Below are positions 23,843 through 36,600 of a DNA stretch of 64,000 nucleotides, one piece after another. This stretch comes from Lytechinus pictus (taxonomy: Eukaryota). The stretch lies in the NCBI RefSeq assembly GCF_037042905.1, contig NC_087263.1, forward strand, positions 15,378,001-15,442,000. The letters run 5' to 3'. The first letter of the stretch is position 1. The number at the start of each line of letters is the position of its first letter. A program made the position numbers and the translations under genes. The notes below the pieces were generated by a model, which worked only from the letters and a program-made list of their open reading frames with translations, was not told the origin of the DNA and searched no databases.

Positions 23843-25960
23843 AATGATGATGATGATGATTATGGTGCTCAAGATGATGGTGGTGGTGGTGATGATGATG
23901 GTTATTATGGTGATCAAGATGATGGTGGTGGTGATGGTGATGATGATGATGGTTAGTATGGTGATAAAGATGATGATGATGGTTACTCTGGTGATCAAGA
24001 TGATGGTGGTGGTGATGGTGATGATGATGATGGTTAGTATGGTGATAAAGATGATGATGATGGTTACTATGGTGATCAAGCTGATGGTGGTCGTGATGAT
24101 GATGATGGTAAGTATGGTGATCAAGAAGATGATGATGATGATGGTTACTATGGTGATCAAGATGATGGTGGTGGTGATGATGATGATGGTTAGTATGGTG
24201 ATCAAGATGGTGGTGATGATGATGATGGTTACTATGGTGATCAAGATGGTGGTGATGATGATGGTTACTATGGTGATCAAGATGGTGGTGATGATGGTTA
24301 CTATGGTGATCAAGATGATGGTGGTGATGATGATGGTGATGGTTAGTATGGTGATCAAGATGGTGGTTAGTATGGTGATCAAGATGATGATGATGGTTAC
24401 TATGGTGATCAAGATGATGGTGGTGGTGATGGCGATGATGATGATGGTTAGTATGGTGATCAAGATGATGATGATGGTTACTATGGTGATCAAGATGATG
24501 GTGGTGGTGATGGCGATGATGATGATGGTTAGTATGGTGATCAAGATGATGATGATGGTTACTATGGTGATCAAGATGATGGTGGTGGTGATGGTGATGA
24601 TGATGGTTAGTATGGTGATAAAGATGATGATGATGGTTACTATGGTGATCAAGCTGATGGTGGTCGTGATGATGATGATGGGAAGTATGGTGATCAAGAA
24701 GATGATGATGATGGTTACTATGGTGATCAAGATGATGGTGGTGGTGATGATGATGATGGTTAGTATGGTGATCAAGATGATGATGATGTTTAGTATGGTG
24801 ATCAAGATGGTGGTGATGATGATGGTGATCAAGATGGTGGTGATGATGGTTACTATGGTGATCAAGATGGTGGTGATGATGATGATGGTTACTATGGTGA
24901 TCAAGATGGTGGTGATGATGATGGTTAGTATGGTGATCAAGATGGTGGTGATGATGATGGTTACTATGGTGATCAAGATGGTGGTGATGATGATGATGGT
25001 TACTATGGTGATCAAGATGGTGGTGATGATGATGATGGTTACTATGGTGATCAAGATGGTGGTGATGATGATGATGGTTAGTATGGTGATCAAGATGAAG
25101 ATGATGGTTAGTATGGTGATCAAGATGATGATGATGGTGATCAAGATGATGATGGTTACTATGGTGATCAAGATGGTGGTGATGATGATGGTTACTATGG
25201 TGATCAAGATGGTGGTGATGATGATGATGGTTAGTATGTTGATCAAGATGAAAATGATGGTTAGTATGGTGATCAAGATGATGATGATGATGGTTACTAT
25301 GGTGATCAAGATGATGGTGATCAAGATGATGATGATGGTTACTATGGTGATCAAGATGGTGGTGATGATGATGATGGTTACTATGGTGATCAAGATGGTG
25401 ATGACGATGATGGTTAGTATGGTGATCAAGATGATGATGGTTACTATTGTGATCAAGATGATGGTGGTGGTGATGGTGATGATGATGGTTAGTATGGTGA
25501 TCAAGATGATGATGATGGTTACTATGGTGATCAAGATGGTGGTGGTGATGGTGATGATGGTTAGTATGGTGATCAATATGATGATGATGATGATGATGAT
25601 GTTTATTATGGTGATCAAGATGATGATGGTGGTGGTGGTGGTGGTGATGATGATGATGATGGTGGTGGTAATGATGGTGATGACGGTGATGATGATGATA
25701 ACGATAATGATGATAATGATGTGATGTGATGGTAATGGTGATTGTGATGATGATGAAGATAATGGTGTTGGTTGTAATGATAATAAAATGATGAATGTTG
25801 TGGTGTTAATGGGCAAGTAGATGAGGATGTTGATGAAGGAGATGGTGATAATGTTGGAACTTGGTGATGACGGTGGTACTGATGGTGATGATGAAAACTG
25901 GTGATGATGATTATGTTGATGTTGGTGATGGTGTTGGTGATTATGATGGTCATGGTGAGG
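23843..25960. repeat. (ATG/GTG)n-derived compound minisatellite
   Basis: Triplet repeat with higher-order unit ATGGTTA(C/G)TATGGTGATCAAG. Confidence 0.95.
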
Positions 25961-27059
25961 ATGTTACGTAATGCCAATGTACGTCTCACTTTTAGGTTCA
26001 GCGGAAGACCAGGCTTCCTCACAAACACATTACGCAATTGTCACAGTTTCAATGATAATAATATACAACTCGTGCTCCTCAGTATAATTAACTCATCATG
26101 ACTTGTAAGATGTCCTACTTCTGCGACCTTGAAAGTCTTGCATTTAGAGCTCATTTAATTTCTTTTCACCAGAAATAAAGTCTTCGTGGCATAATAGTTT
26201 ATTCACTAGATTATTGTGTTTTTTTTTTTTTTTGGGGGGGGGGGGTTCGCTGAAACTTTTGTTACGAAATGGCAAAGTACGCCTTGAACGGAAGACCTAC
26301 TTGTCAACCGTGCTTCCTCAATGATCGCATTACGCAATTTTAACAACTCTGTTAATGCCATTACCCAAAACTCATGCAGTGCATTATAATTAGCTAATCA
26401 TGACTATGTAATTCGAAGCAATACATAAGTGACCTCGAAAGTTCTGATTTTCTTTCATTAACTTATCGTTTTGTAATAAATACGAGGTCGCACGCATACT
26501 ATAATTTTCCACCCTCCGAAATCCATCGACATACCATCTATAGTTAGATTTTTCAACTCGAAAATGAAAAAAAAAAGACAAAAACACAAACAACCATTTT
26601 CGTGAAAAGCATTGTAATCACGCTCTCTTGCTCACATATTTATGTTCCCGAGCATTTTATGTATTCTTATCTCCCCAAGCAAAACTAATCGTGAAATCAG
26701 TATGTTTAATATCTCCTTTTCCCCATTTGTAGTTTTTCTTTTGTTCATGACTTATGTATTTTATTTCATTTAAAGTATTTGTGTGTATTCCTTTTGATCG
26801 TTAAGCTATGAGTGGATGGATCAGTTCAATGTTATTTTTATTTCATTTACTTGTTTATATATTGATTAATATTTTTAGGTTTTTTTATTTAATTAAATTT
26901 ATTTATTTATTAGTAAATTATTATCATTATTATTATTATTGTTATTATTATTATTTCATTATTTTTTCCGGGGGGGGGGGGGCTTATTGTAATTTACAAA
27001 ATCATACTACTATGAGCAGATACCATGGTCGATTTGAAATGTTTATGCTTGGTTAAAAG

Positions 27060-27503
27060 AGAGAGGTAATAGAAGGCAAATTCGATCTGTCATCCCCACT
27101 CGGAATCTCGGGCGAAGTTTGCCGAACGAGCGCAGCAGACAGCCCCGCGGCGCACGAAATAATGTTCCCGAAATGTTAATTTCTCGATTTTTCATCAGCG
27201 TGTCATTTCGCGCGGAACCGCTGGCGGAGCAGACGACAATCCCGTTTCAGCTTGTCAGGAAACACTTTTCCGTCGCAGGGGGTCTTGAGGCATTTCTGAT
27301 GCGGAGTGATCAATGTTGCATGACAAATTGAACACACTCCTTCGATTTCGATTCCTCAAGTCGGAGTCAAGGTATTCGACGTCAAACCTTTCGAACCCAC
27401 TCGGCCTTCGGACAACCTTTTCGTCTGCGCGAACGTCGTCCACCTCTTTCTATTAAAACTCATTTAAATCACTCAGCTCAGACAATAATTTCATAACAAT
27501 ATC
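27060..27503 (+). promoter_or_regulatory. CpG-rich putative promoter/5'UTR of the ABM-like gene
   Basis: Locally GC/CpG-rich, non-repetitive stretch directly upstream of the ATG in AT-rich surroundings. Confidence 0.4.
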
Positions 27504-27669
27504 ATGTCGGGAAATAACAATTACGCGGTCGTGATCAATTTCTACGAGAAGGTCGACCCGCCCCCGAATTTCAAGGACTTCGTCGAGGGATGGCACAACC
27601 TTGGCAAATTCGTCAGAAAGCTGGAATACTTCGTGGCAACGCAGCTCCATCGGAATGTAGATTCGAACG
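27504..27669 (+). CDS. ABM-like gene exon 1
   Basis: ATG at 27504 downstream of a CpG-rich stretch; donor G|GTAAAT. Confidence 0.8.
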
Positions 27670-30600
27670 GTAAATAAAAATTCAAACTTTTCCTTTATTT
27701 GTTTCTGTATTTATTTATTTATTTGTATATTTATTCCTTCGTTTATGCACCCATCCATCCGTCATCCATCAATTCATTTATTCATTCATTCATTTGTTTA
27801 TGTTATTTATTAATTTGTTTGTTTATTTATCTATTCATGTATTTATTATACTTTATTTATGAGATGTTAAAAGCTGAATGTGGCTAGATTGTGGTTAGCA
27901 CTCAACTAACCTCATGATAATTGATTCGGTAATCGCATTCTTTATTCAGGCCCTGGTCAATTAAACTGCTAATCGAGGGGCCTCGTGTTGGTTCCCGTTA
28001 GACAATTTCCAGTCATACATCCACCCCCCCCCCCCCTCTTTCTAGGAGGCCGTGGAAAGATTTTGAAAAGTGGGGAAGGGGGCTGAACATGCATGCCTAA
28101 ATGAAACAGAATTTGATGGTCACTCTCTTTCTATTTCTCATTCTTTCCCAATCTCTCTTTCTTGCACTCTCCCTCCTCTCTCACTTTATGAACACAAGAG
28201 ATTGCCAAGTAGGCTAAATAATGGAATTTTCACTCTTTTTTTTTTTGGGGGGGGGGTGGCAAATTCCAACCTCATAATTTTTGCGCCAAGGGGGGGCTCA
28301 CGATTTCAGAAAGCATCACATGAATCTGAAATTATGTGTTTCTTCCCTTTTGTACAACATTCTCTGACAATGTCAAAAATAGTTATTTTGGGTTTTTTAA
28401 AGGAACACTTTTGCATAACTTTCTGCAGAGAAAGGGGTACAATACCTATTTTGAAGGTGGAAGCTAGATGTCACCTTATGGATAATGCTTACGCTCAAGA
28501 TCTGCCAAACATGTGGTTGCTCATGATGTATGTGCGACAGACTGGCGAAATTTCCTTTCCAAACTTGGGTTATCATAATTCATAAATTCAATGTTAGCAA
28601 ATCGGCCAAATATGATCGGTTTATAATTATGCCTGCCAGGCATTTACGTGGCAAGAAACAGACGCGGGATGGGATAAAAAGGCTATGCATTGATTTAACT
28701 TCCATAAAACCATATGCCATTGAGTACACTGTGTTCAATATAAATAAAATATACAGAGTATTCTCCGGCCAGATCAAAAATCAAAGAGGTACATAGCTTG
28801 GTATGGTAGAAAATTATGTGATTATGCATGTTACAGTGACAGACACATGCAGTAGGCCTATACCAATATTGTGTTAAGTCACATAAGCCTGGCAGGCATT
28901 TACCAGACAATAATTTCCTGTAGGTTATGTATTTAGCTCTGATTGCATTTATCAGTTTATATCCAATTCCTGCGGATGAGACATTTCAGGCATTTAATTG
29001 CTTCTACAGAATGATAATGGATGGTTGATTGTCTCTGATTTAATAGCATTATACAGAAGCAGACGAATACTATGTAGTTCATTGAGTTCATTAAAGCATT
29101 GGCTGTGTAGCTCGTCGGCGCGATACAACGTTTGGATCGTTGGTTGAAACACATGAAAATTTGATTGAATCCGGGCGCAGTGTAGAAAAAAATGAGGGAA
29201 GGGGCTGTACTATACCAACCGAAAGGCGAACAAATTTATCAGAACGGTATAACTATACTGTCGATATTTGAGACCTTTAATATTTAAACACCTAATTTGG
29301 GCAAGTTGTTTTTCCCCTAAACAACCCCGATTTCAACATCACAAGCGAACTGAGCGAGCGAAGAAAAATAAACACTCTTGTTTGTTGTATGATTTTTGGT
29401 TATTCAAACATGCAACATAATAATCCCTACTAAATTCGAAATATTATATGCATTTTGTCACCTAACTTGTCAAACTTGTTTAACTCAGAAAAGATTGTGT
29501 GCCTTCTCTCTATGTCACGTATCACATAAGTTATACGAGCGAGCGCAGTGAACGAGTGGAAACTCAGGCTATTTACATAATTCAACGTAAGAACATGAAA
29601 GACTTTACTTTGTATTAATGAATATTAATCATCTTATCATGTGATGTTATTTTTTATGTTTCTTGATTCCTTACGAGCGAGAGCATCGAACGAGGGAAAA
29701 AAGAAATCTGTATTGTAGGTGTCATGTTCAAAATAAACCATAAACCTATTAACAAATATGAAAGACCCATAATTTCCAATGCTCATTTCTGTCGAATGTG
29801 ACCATCCCTATTTTTCTCCTTCGATATATTTAAAAAGAAAAAAGAGAGGGGGCACTGTAAAGAAAAGGGAGTATAAAATCATGTGGAATTAAAAGGATTT
29901 GAACTATTAAAAGAGAGGGCTGAGTCTAATAATTTTATTACAAACGGACTATACGCATATTGTTTCGTTGACAAAAAATGACGTCCCGTGCTCGGGTCCT
30001 CATGCTCCGTGTTGCCCCCCCCCCCCCCCATGCTGACATACGCATGTATTTTCCTAAAGGGGAGCGAAGTGGCCAACCATGGGTTTTGTCTCCCATTGAC
30101 TACTAGTAATACTATGTGCTAAAAAACGGCTAGTCTTGTACCTTTTGAGAAAGAATTAGCAAATAATTATATATATATATTTTTTTTTTTTAGTTGAGAG
30201 GTTGCTGTTTTGCTACTCCTTAACATAATTATTGCGGTATGAATGTATTGATTATTGAATTCGTGTGTTGTCATTCAAGTTGGCCTATAATTATGTGGAG
30301 CGTTGTGGCCCTGTGGATTAGTCTCCGGACTTTGAAACAGAGGATCGTGGGTTCGAATCCCAGCCGTGGCGTAATTTCTTTCAGCAAAAAACTGATCCAC
30401 AAAGTGCTGCACTCAACCCAGGTGAGGTAAATGGGTACCGGTAGGAAGCTGTGTGCGCTGTGAACGCCTAGCTTAGCCGGGTAATATAGGAGCGCCTTGA
30501 GCACCTATAACAAGGTGGATAAAATGTGCGCAATATAAATACCCTATATATTATTATTATTATTATATTGCTGCTGGGAATGTTGTATTGTGGGTAACGA

Positions 30601-33600
30601 ATCAGGTCAGGTGTGATTAGTTCTGGGGGCGTTTAAATGAAAGGACTTGTCGGACGTTTTATCCGACAAGTCCCATTTTATCCGACAGTTACCATAGGAA
30701 CAGTGCCTCTCAGCCAATCAAAATCAAGGAAAGATGTCAGATCTGACAACTTGTCGGATGAAAATGTTGATGAAACGCTCCCCAGGATTGTAGGTGGGGT
30801 ATACTGCTTAGGCAGCGGGCTCGTATACCCTTTAAGGTGATTTTCAATTGTACTTTTTGTACTATCTGTTTACGGCCTTTCATGACATCCATAGATCATA
30901 TCAGGTATTTGAAGAGCAAAATCGAAACGGTATTCAAGAAAGCCCCTTCTTGTTCGTGCCGTTGCGGAATCGAGTCAACGCACTTCAGACACCCACATCG
31001 CATTCTACACCCCCACAATACAAGACAAATATCCCGCAGAGTTGGAATTTGTAAAATAATCTTTCAGACAAGCAAAGAGAAAAGCCACGAAGAAACATAT
31101 CCTAGTTCAATGTACTGAGACCGGAGGCAAATGAAGAATATAATGAATGGTGTGGAGATAGGGCAGCATACAGCGAGAGAGCGGCCAATCAGGGGGGTAT
31201 CTGTGGGATTTGGGAATTTGAAGGGGGCGGGGGAGGGCTGAATTATTATGATAATATGCAACATTTATAGACCGCCTTATGCAATATTTTTTAAGCGCTG
31301 CATGCTATGGTTTTAGCAAGGCAACCCTTATCCTGCGCTCACGCATTCAACATGTTCAAGATTTTCCTTTTTACCGCGGGTACCCATTTATTACACCTTG
31401 GTCAAGAGTGGCAAATGTTAGATCAAAGCCTTGTCAAAGGACGCGAGTGCTGCAGTGGATTCGAACCCCGGACCTGGTGGGTCAAAATCCGGAGACTTAT
31501 GTATCCCCTGAGCCACAACACCTCTACTGAAATTCATTGATGCATGTTGGCTCAAACTCAGATATTTCATGTGTTTCTTTAAAGAGTGGGGGGGGGGGGG
31601 GGTGTTGCCCCCACCGCCCCCGGTAGATCCATGTACCAAACAGGACAAGTATGTTGGGGTGAGGTGCTCAGAGCTCATCTAGAATTGAAATTGCCCGCAA
31701 GGTTCGGTAAATCCCTCTTCTAGCATTGTTGGAAGTCTTCATTGACATGATGGAATGGGGAATGAGGAGTTAGAATGGGAGGTATAGAGCACAAAGTACA
31801 CGACACTTTGTCCTCCTGAAGAACTTGGGTATTAAACTTCTGCTCCTTTCAAAATGCCCACATACCATTCCTTCCTTGCTTCTCCAATGATGGTTTAGTC
31901 ATAGTCTGCTGTGCAAACCCTTCACCCGAGTTAAGGGTCTGAATGTGCAGCCTACTCATGCCTTGTGCAAGCTCTATGCCTTGTGTACTGAATGAAGGCC
32001 CTCTCGCGCCCATTGAAACAGCAAGTTTTGTACGTGCTAGTCTTTGCGTGGAGACACACTTGTTGATCAAAGTTTAAATCAGGGTCTGTGCCCGCAGACT
32101 AGTTTAGTCCTGCGGATTAGTATCTAGGGGGGGGGGGGGTTATGGGACACAAGTGAACAAAAATTGAGGGATCAAAAAGAAGAAATAGAAGAAAGTTGAA
32201 ATAAGGATGTAAACTATTGAAAATTTACTGTTATGAATAACCATTGAAGATGCTGGTGTAAAAAATGTTTGGATGGGTGCGATTTCGATGCTACCCCCGG
32301 CATGCCCGGCGTCTGGCTTTGGAAGGGGAAGGGCGCAATTTAGCCCTTGTCCTGCAGGGAGCACTAAGGACTTGTATTGTTTTATCTGACAGTTACCATA
32401 GTAACAGTGCTTCTCATCCAATCAAAATCAAGGAAAGTTGTCAGATCTAACATCTTGCCAGACAACAAAATCGATGAAATGCTGCCCTAGGCTAGGGACC
32501 GTTTCATCAATATTTTCGTCCGACAAGTTGTCAGATCTGACATCTTTTCTTCATTCTGATCAGGTGAGAAGCACTGTGACTATATGGTATCAGTTGGATA
32601 AAACGGGATTTGTCAGATATAACATTCCTTTCATGTAATGCTTTCCAGGACAAGGGCTGGAATTGCGCCCCTTCCAAACCTGACGCAGGGGGTAGCATTG
32701 TGTTCACACTATTTGCATGATGGCGTGTACATGATTGTGTGCTATTAATTTGAACCACATTTTAATCGACCATTGTTCATTTATCTTCTATTATTCGCTT
32801 GGAAAGGGTATAAATCATTCAATTTACATGCTACTCGTATTTTGTATACACTGTACTATCATTCAAGTCGTAGTTCGGGTTGTATACCATTATGTGCTAT
32901 TTAGCGACATTGTATCGACGACTCACGCGATTCTAAAAGTCGACGACCTGTACTCAAGGCCCCAATTTACCATCATTATGTTTCGAGGGGATTTTCTCTC
33001 AAATCACCACATCCATGACATCAAAGAAGCACATTGTCCTATTTTATTTTCATTTTTGTTTTACCCTAAGGCTCCGTCACACCTCGACATTTTAGTTATC
33101 GTATTCCGATGTATACTGTACCTATTATACCAGCCATTAATCATTTAATGCATTTTTTTCTTATCAATCATCAAATTCTAGATAATTATCAAGAAATGAT
33201 TGTTTTTAAATGCATAGTTCCCTCTGTCACGATTGAAACGGTGGTCTTACTCGTGGAGTAATCGTATCAGATCAGTCGTGCCAATAGTATTGATCGTATA
33301 AGGAAAAAAAATTGTATTGGTATACCTCTTGCCATTGTCGTGCGATCCTTTACGAACGCCACGATATCATTGTCCATTCGTAACTAATCGCGAAAGTTTT
33401 TGAACCATTCAAATCATTTCTCAGATCAATACGATTGCCTCGACTGATCTGATACGATCTGATGCGGTCATTACGTTTACTCCACGAGTAAGACCACCGT
33501 TTCAGTCGTGGCGCATGTCGTGACAGTGGGAACTATGTATTTTTTTTAATCGCGATCAGCTATGAAGGGGCAATCGTGGCGTTAACGGATCGCACGACAG

Positions 33601-36600
33601 TCGGGGAACGAGGTATTACAACGCATATTATCAAGAATTCAAATCCATTATAAATTGGGTTCCAAAAGAAACTTATCTAACTTCACAAGCGCACTTCACA
33701 AATTTCACTCAGTCAAAATGAACAAAATTTTGACACAGGCTAGCTTCAGTAATCTTTACTATAAGCACATGTCAATAATTAAGAGATTGGTTTAATCAAA
33801 AAGAGGCTGAGCCCCTCAAATCAATTATTGGTTCCCAAATCCAAAGTCACAAAATTGCAAAAAGGAAGACCAATGAAAATGGGAATATTGAAGTTTACGG
33901 TACGACCATCGGGATGTTTAATTGATTGCCTCAATAACTAAGAAGTTACAGGAAGTTAAAATAAACATTTTAAACGCACCTATTGAGGTCGAAGAAGCAA
34001 AATGCATGAATGGATTCAATAGCAGTCAATCAAAGAACGACCATTTGGTTAAATCCCATTCACTGGTGTTTCTTTAAAAATAAGACAAACTTATAAAGTT
34101 TGATAAGTTTCTTTTGAAGCCCAGTTTAGTATGAAAAACCATTTAAGTTGTTTACTAAAGATGATTCTTTAAATCGAGAAATTGGATTGGCCATATAGTC
34201 TACGTACAGTATGTCGGAATACGCTAGCGGCTAGCTGAAAGATTCAGATGTTAACAGCCCCTTTATTAGAATTAATGATTGCGGTTTTTAAATCATTCCT
34301 TGCAGCGACTACAATGTAGAGTAATTTTCCGGCAGCGTCGCTGGTATCATTTTATATTGTCTGGAAATAAAAAAGGAAAAAAAGTGGCGACACCTGCGTC
34401 TGTCCTGTATAAAATGTTTTTAAATGCCTAAAGGATATTTTTGGATAATTTCCTCCCTACATTCGCTGGATTTCGCTCATGGCGAAATGTGCTCAAATAA
34501 TGAGTGCATAGTTATTTGCAGACCCTAAAGTCACAAGGGGCATTATTATTAGTTATATGCATTTTGTGTCCAATGGGAAGAGGGGGTGGGAGAGAAAGAG
34601 AGGGAGAATTTGGTGGTCACGGGAGCTTGGGAATTTATTATTAAGTTTTTACCCTTTTACTGTTCCGTTTATAGTTATCACTGTTGTGTGAAAATAAACG
34701 GACGTTTAAATCCGTAATTCTCGGATCTTTTCACTACATTTTTTATGACTTTGGTCAGCGTGTGTGCTTGTTTGATTTTTATGTTAAAAATCAATATGTA
34801 AAGGTAACTTAAGCTCTAGTAACGATAACATTTACTAGCTGGATGTGCAGCTAAGTAATTTTTCAGCCAATAGCCAGGGGAAAAATCATTTATTGTATTT
34901 CCGACAGTATTACTTTTCAGCACATTTCCTTGAATATTAATACCTTTTAGGGCCCCGTTGGCCCATTGCATACAAGTTACCATTGTGGTAACTTTGCCAT
35001 CCAATGGATGGAATCCTTGATTTTGAATGGCTGTTGATCATTGTTGTTACCATGGTAGTTACCATTGGATGGCAAAGTTACCATAATGGTAACTTTTATA
35101 CAACGGTGTCCTGGCTTTACATGTCAAATCTATGCCAATTTGGTTCTTTATGACTAAAATGTTGTTTTCGACTCATTCGCCTCACTCGACTTAAAAAAAA
35201 GGGTACTGCCGCATCCAATCCAAAACCCAGCCCCCGCCCAAATTATGTTGCGTCATTATAGTCACTGGGAAATCATTATATTCCAATCTATGTTTGATGG
35301 ATTGCAACCTTCAAGAACATAACAGACATTACATAGCGAGCTCCCGAGCCAATTTCCCGCCCTTCGTGATCAGCTCATCGCGACAGTCTCACCAACGAAA
35401 TCGACTCCTAACCGACCGATAGAACGTTCATTGGTAATAACGTAAACATAGGGTTACACCGGAACCGAATCAGCTGCGAATTCATCCGAATTCACATTCT
35501 CGGGTGGTTTCGGAAGTATTCTGTTCTCCCCGGCCTCCGCGAATGCGAGAAATTCGGGAGGGATTCGGGAACATTCGAATCCACCGAAACCATCCGAATC
35601 AGGCCGTATTCGGGCAGAATCGGTCCGAATTTATTCGGGAGAATATGGTTTTGGTGTGCAACCCTAGCTTCAGATTTGGTGATCGGGAGTTAATCGGTTT
35701 CAGCGGATTATTTTCAATCGGTCTAACGCCAGTTCGTCAAATTGCCAACTCGTCTGCTATCATCGGTCTATCATCAGTTCGTCCACTATCTACATGTCCT
35801 ACTAACCATTACGTCCACTCCCCATTTCGTCTAATAACCTGTTCGTCCAATAGCCATTTAGTCCATATACCATTTAGTCTAATTGGACTAAGTTTCAATT
35901 GGGCAAAGTGAATGAAAATATAATGGATATTAGACCAACTGGTTATGAGACAAAGTGGTCATAGACGAACTGGTGATTCGACACAAAGTTATGATTGGAC
36001 CAAATGTTCATTGGACCAAAATGATTGTTAGACGAAATGTTGATGGACGGAATGACAATAGACTAAACGAAGGTAGACCATGCGGTGAGTGGACGAGTTG
36101 GCAGCAGACGGACGAATTGTCAATTTACCGTTACACTTTCAGCGATGTGACAGGGCATATGCAAGCAAACCATAAATTGAAGTAGGCCGGTGTTTAGGGC
36201 TCTCCCCGTTGTCATCCATAATCAAGAGTGATGCTCGGAACGGGGTTGCTATGGATACCTACTCCCCTCCATCCATTTTCATCCCGGTCGGGATCGCATC
36301 CCATGAAGGTACTTCGTTTTAAAAAAAAAACCTAAGCACTTCAAGAGCTCGGAAATTACAGACATGCATTTAATCGACAGATGCTGTTATTACATTTTAC
36401 AAAATGATATTTATTTGAAATGCCATTCAGAGCTATTGACGACAAATTGATTGGGACACAATCATGAACATTTCATTATGATGTAAACAACATGAGCTGT
36501 GTTCACTTAACATCACATCATATTCATCCATAGCGTCATGTCCCGTTCACTTTATTTTTCTTGTCAATAGCATTATTTCTTGAGGACTTCATTTTTACAA

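Noticed and set aside
23708..25816. 702-aa and 626-aa ORFs
   Set aside because: By-products of a triplet repeat; no domain or splice support.
27255..27650. Minus-strand 62- and 65-aa ORFs
   Set aside because: Antisense shadows of the ABM-like exon 1 and promoter region.
30837..31118. ORF with PSCSCRCGIESTHF
   Set aside because: Could be a decayed LINE C-terminal zinc knuckle, but too weak to call.
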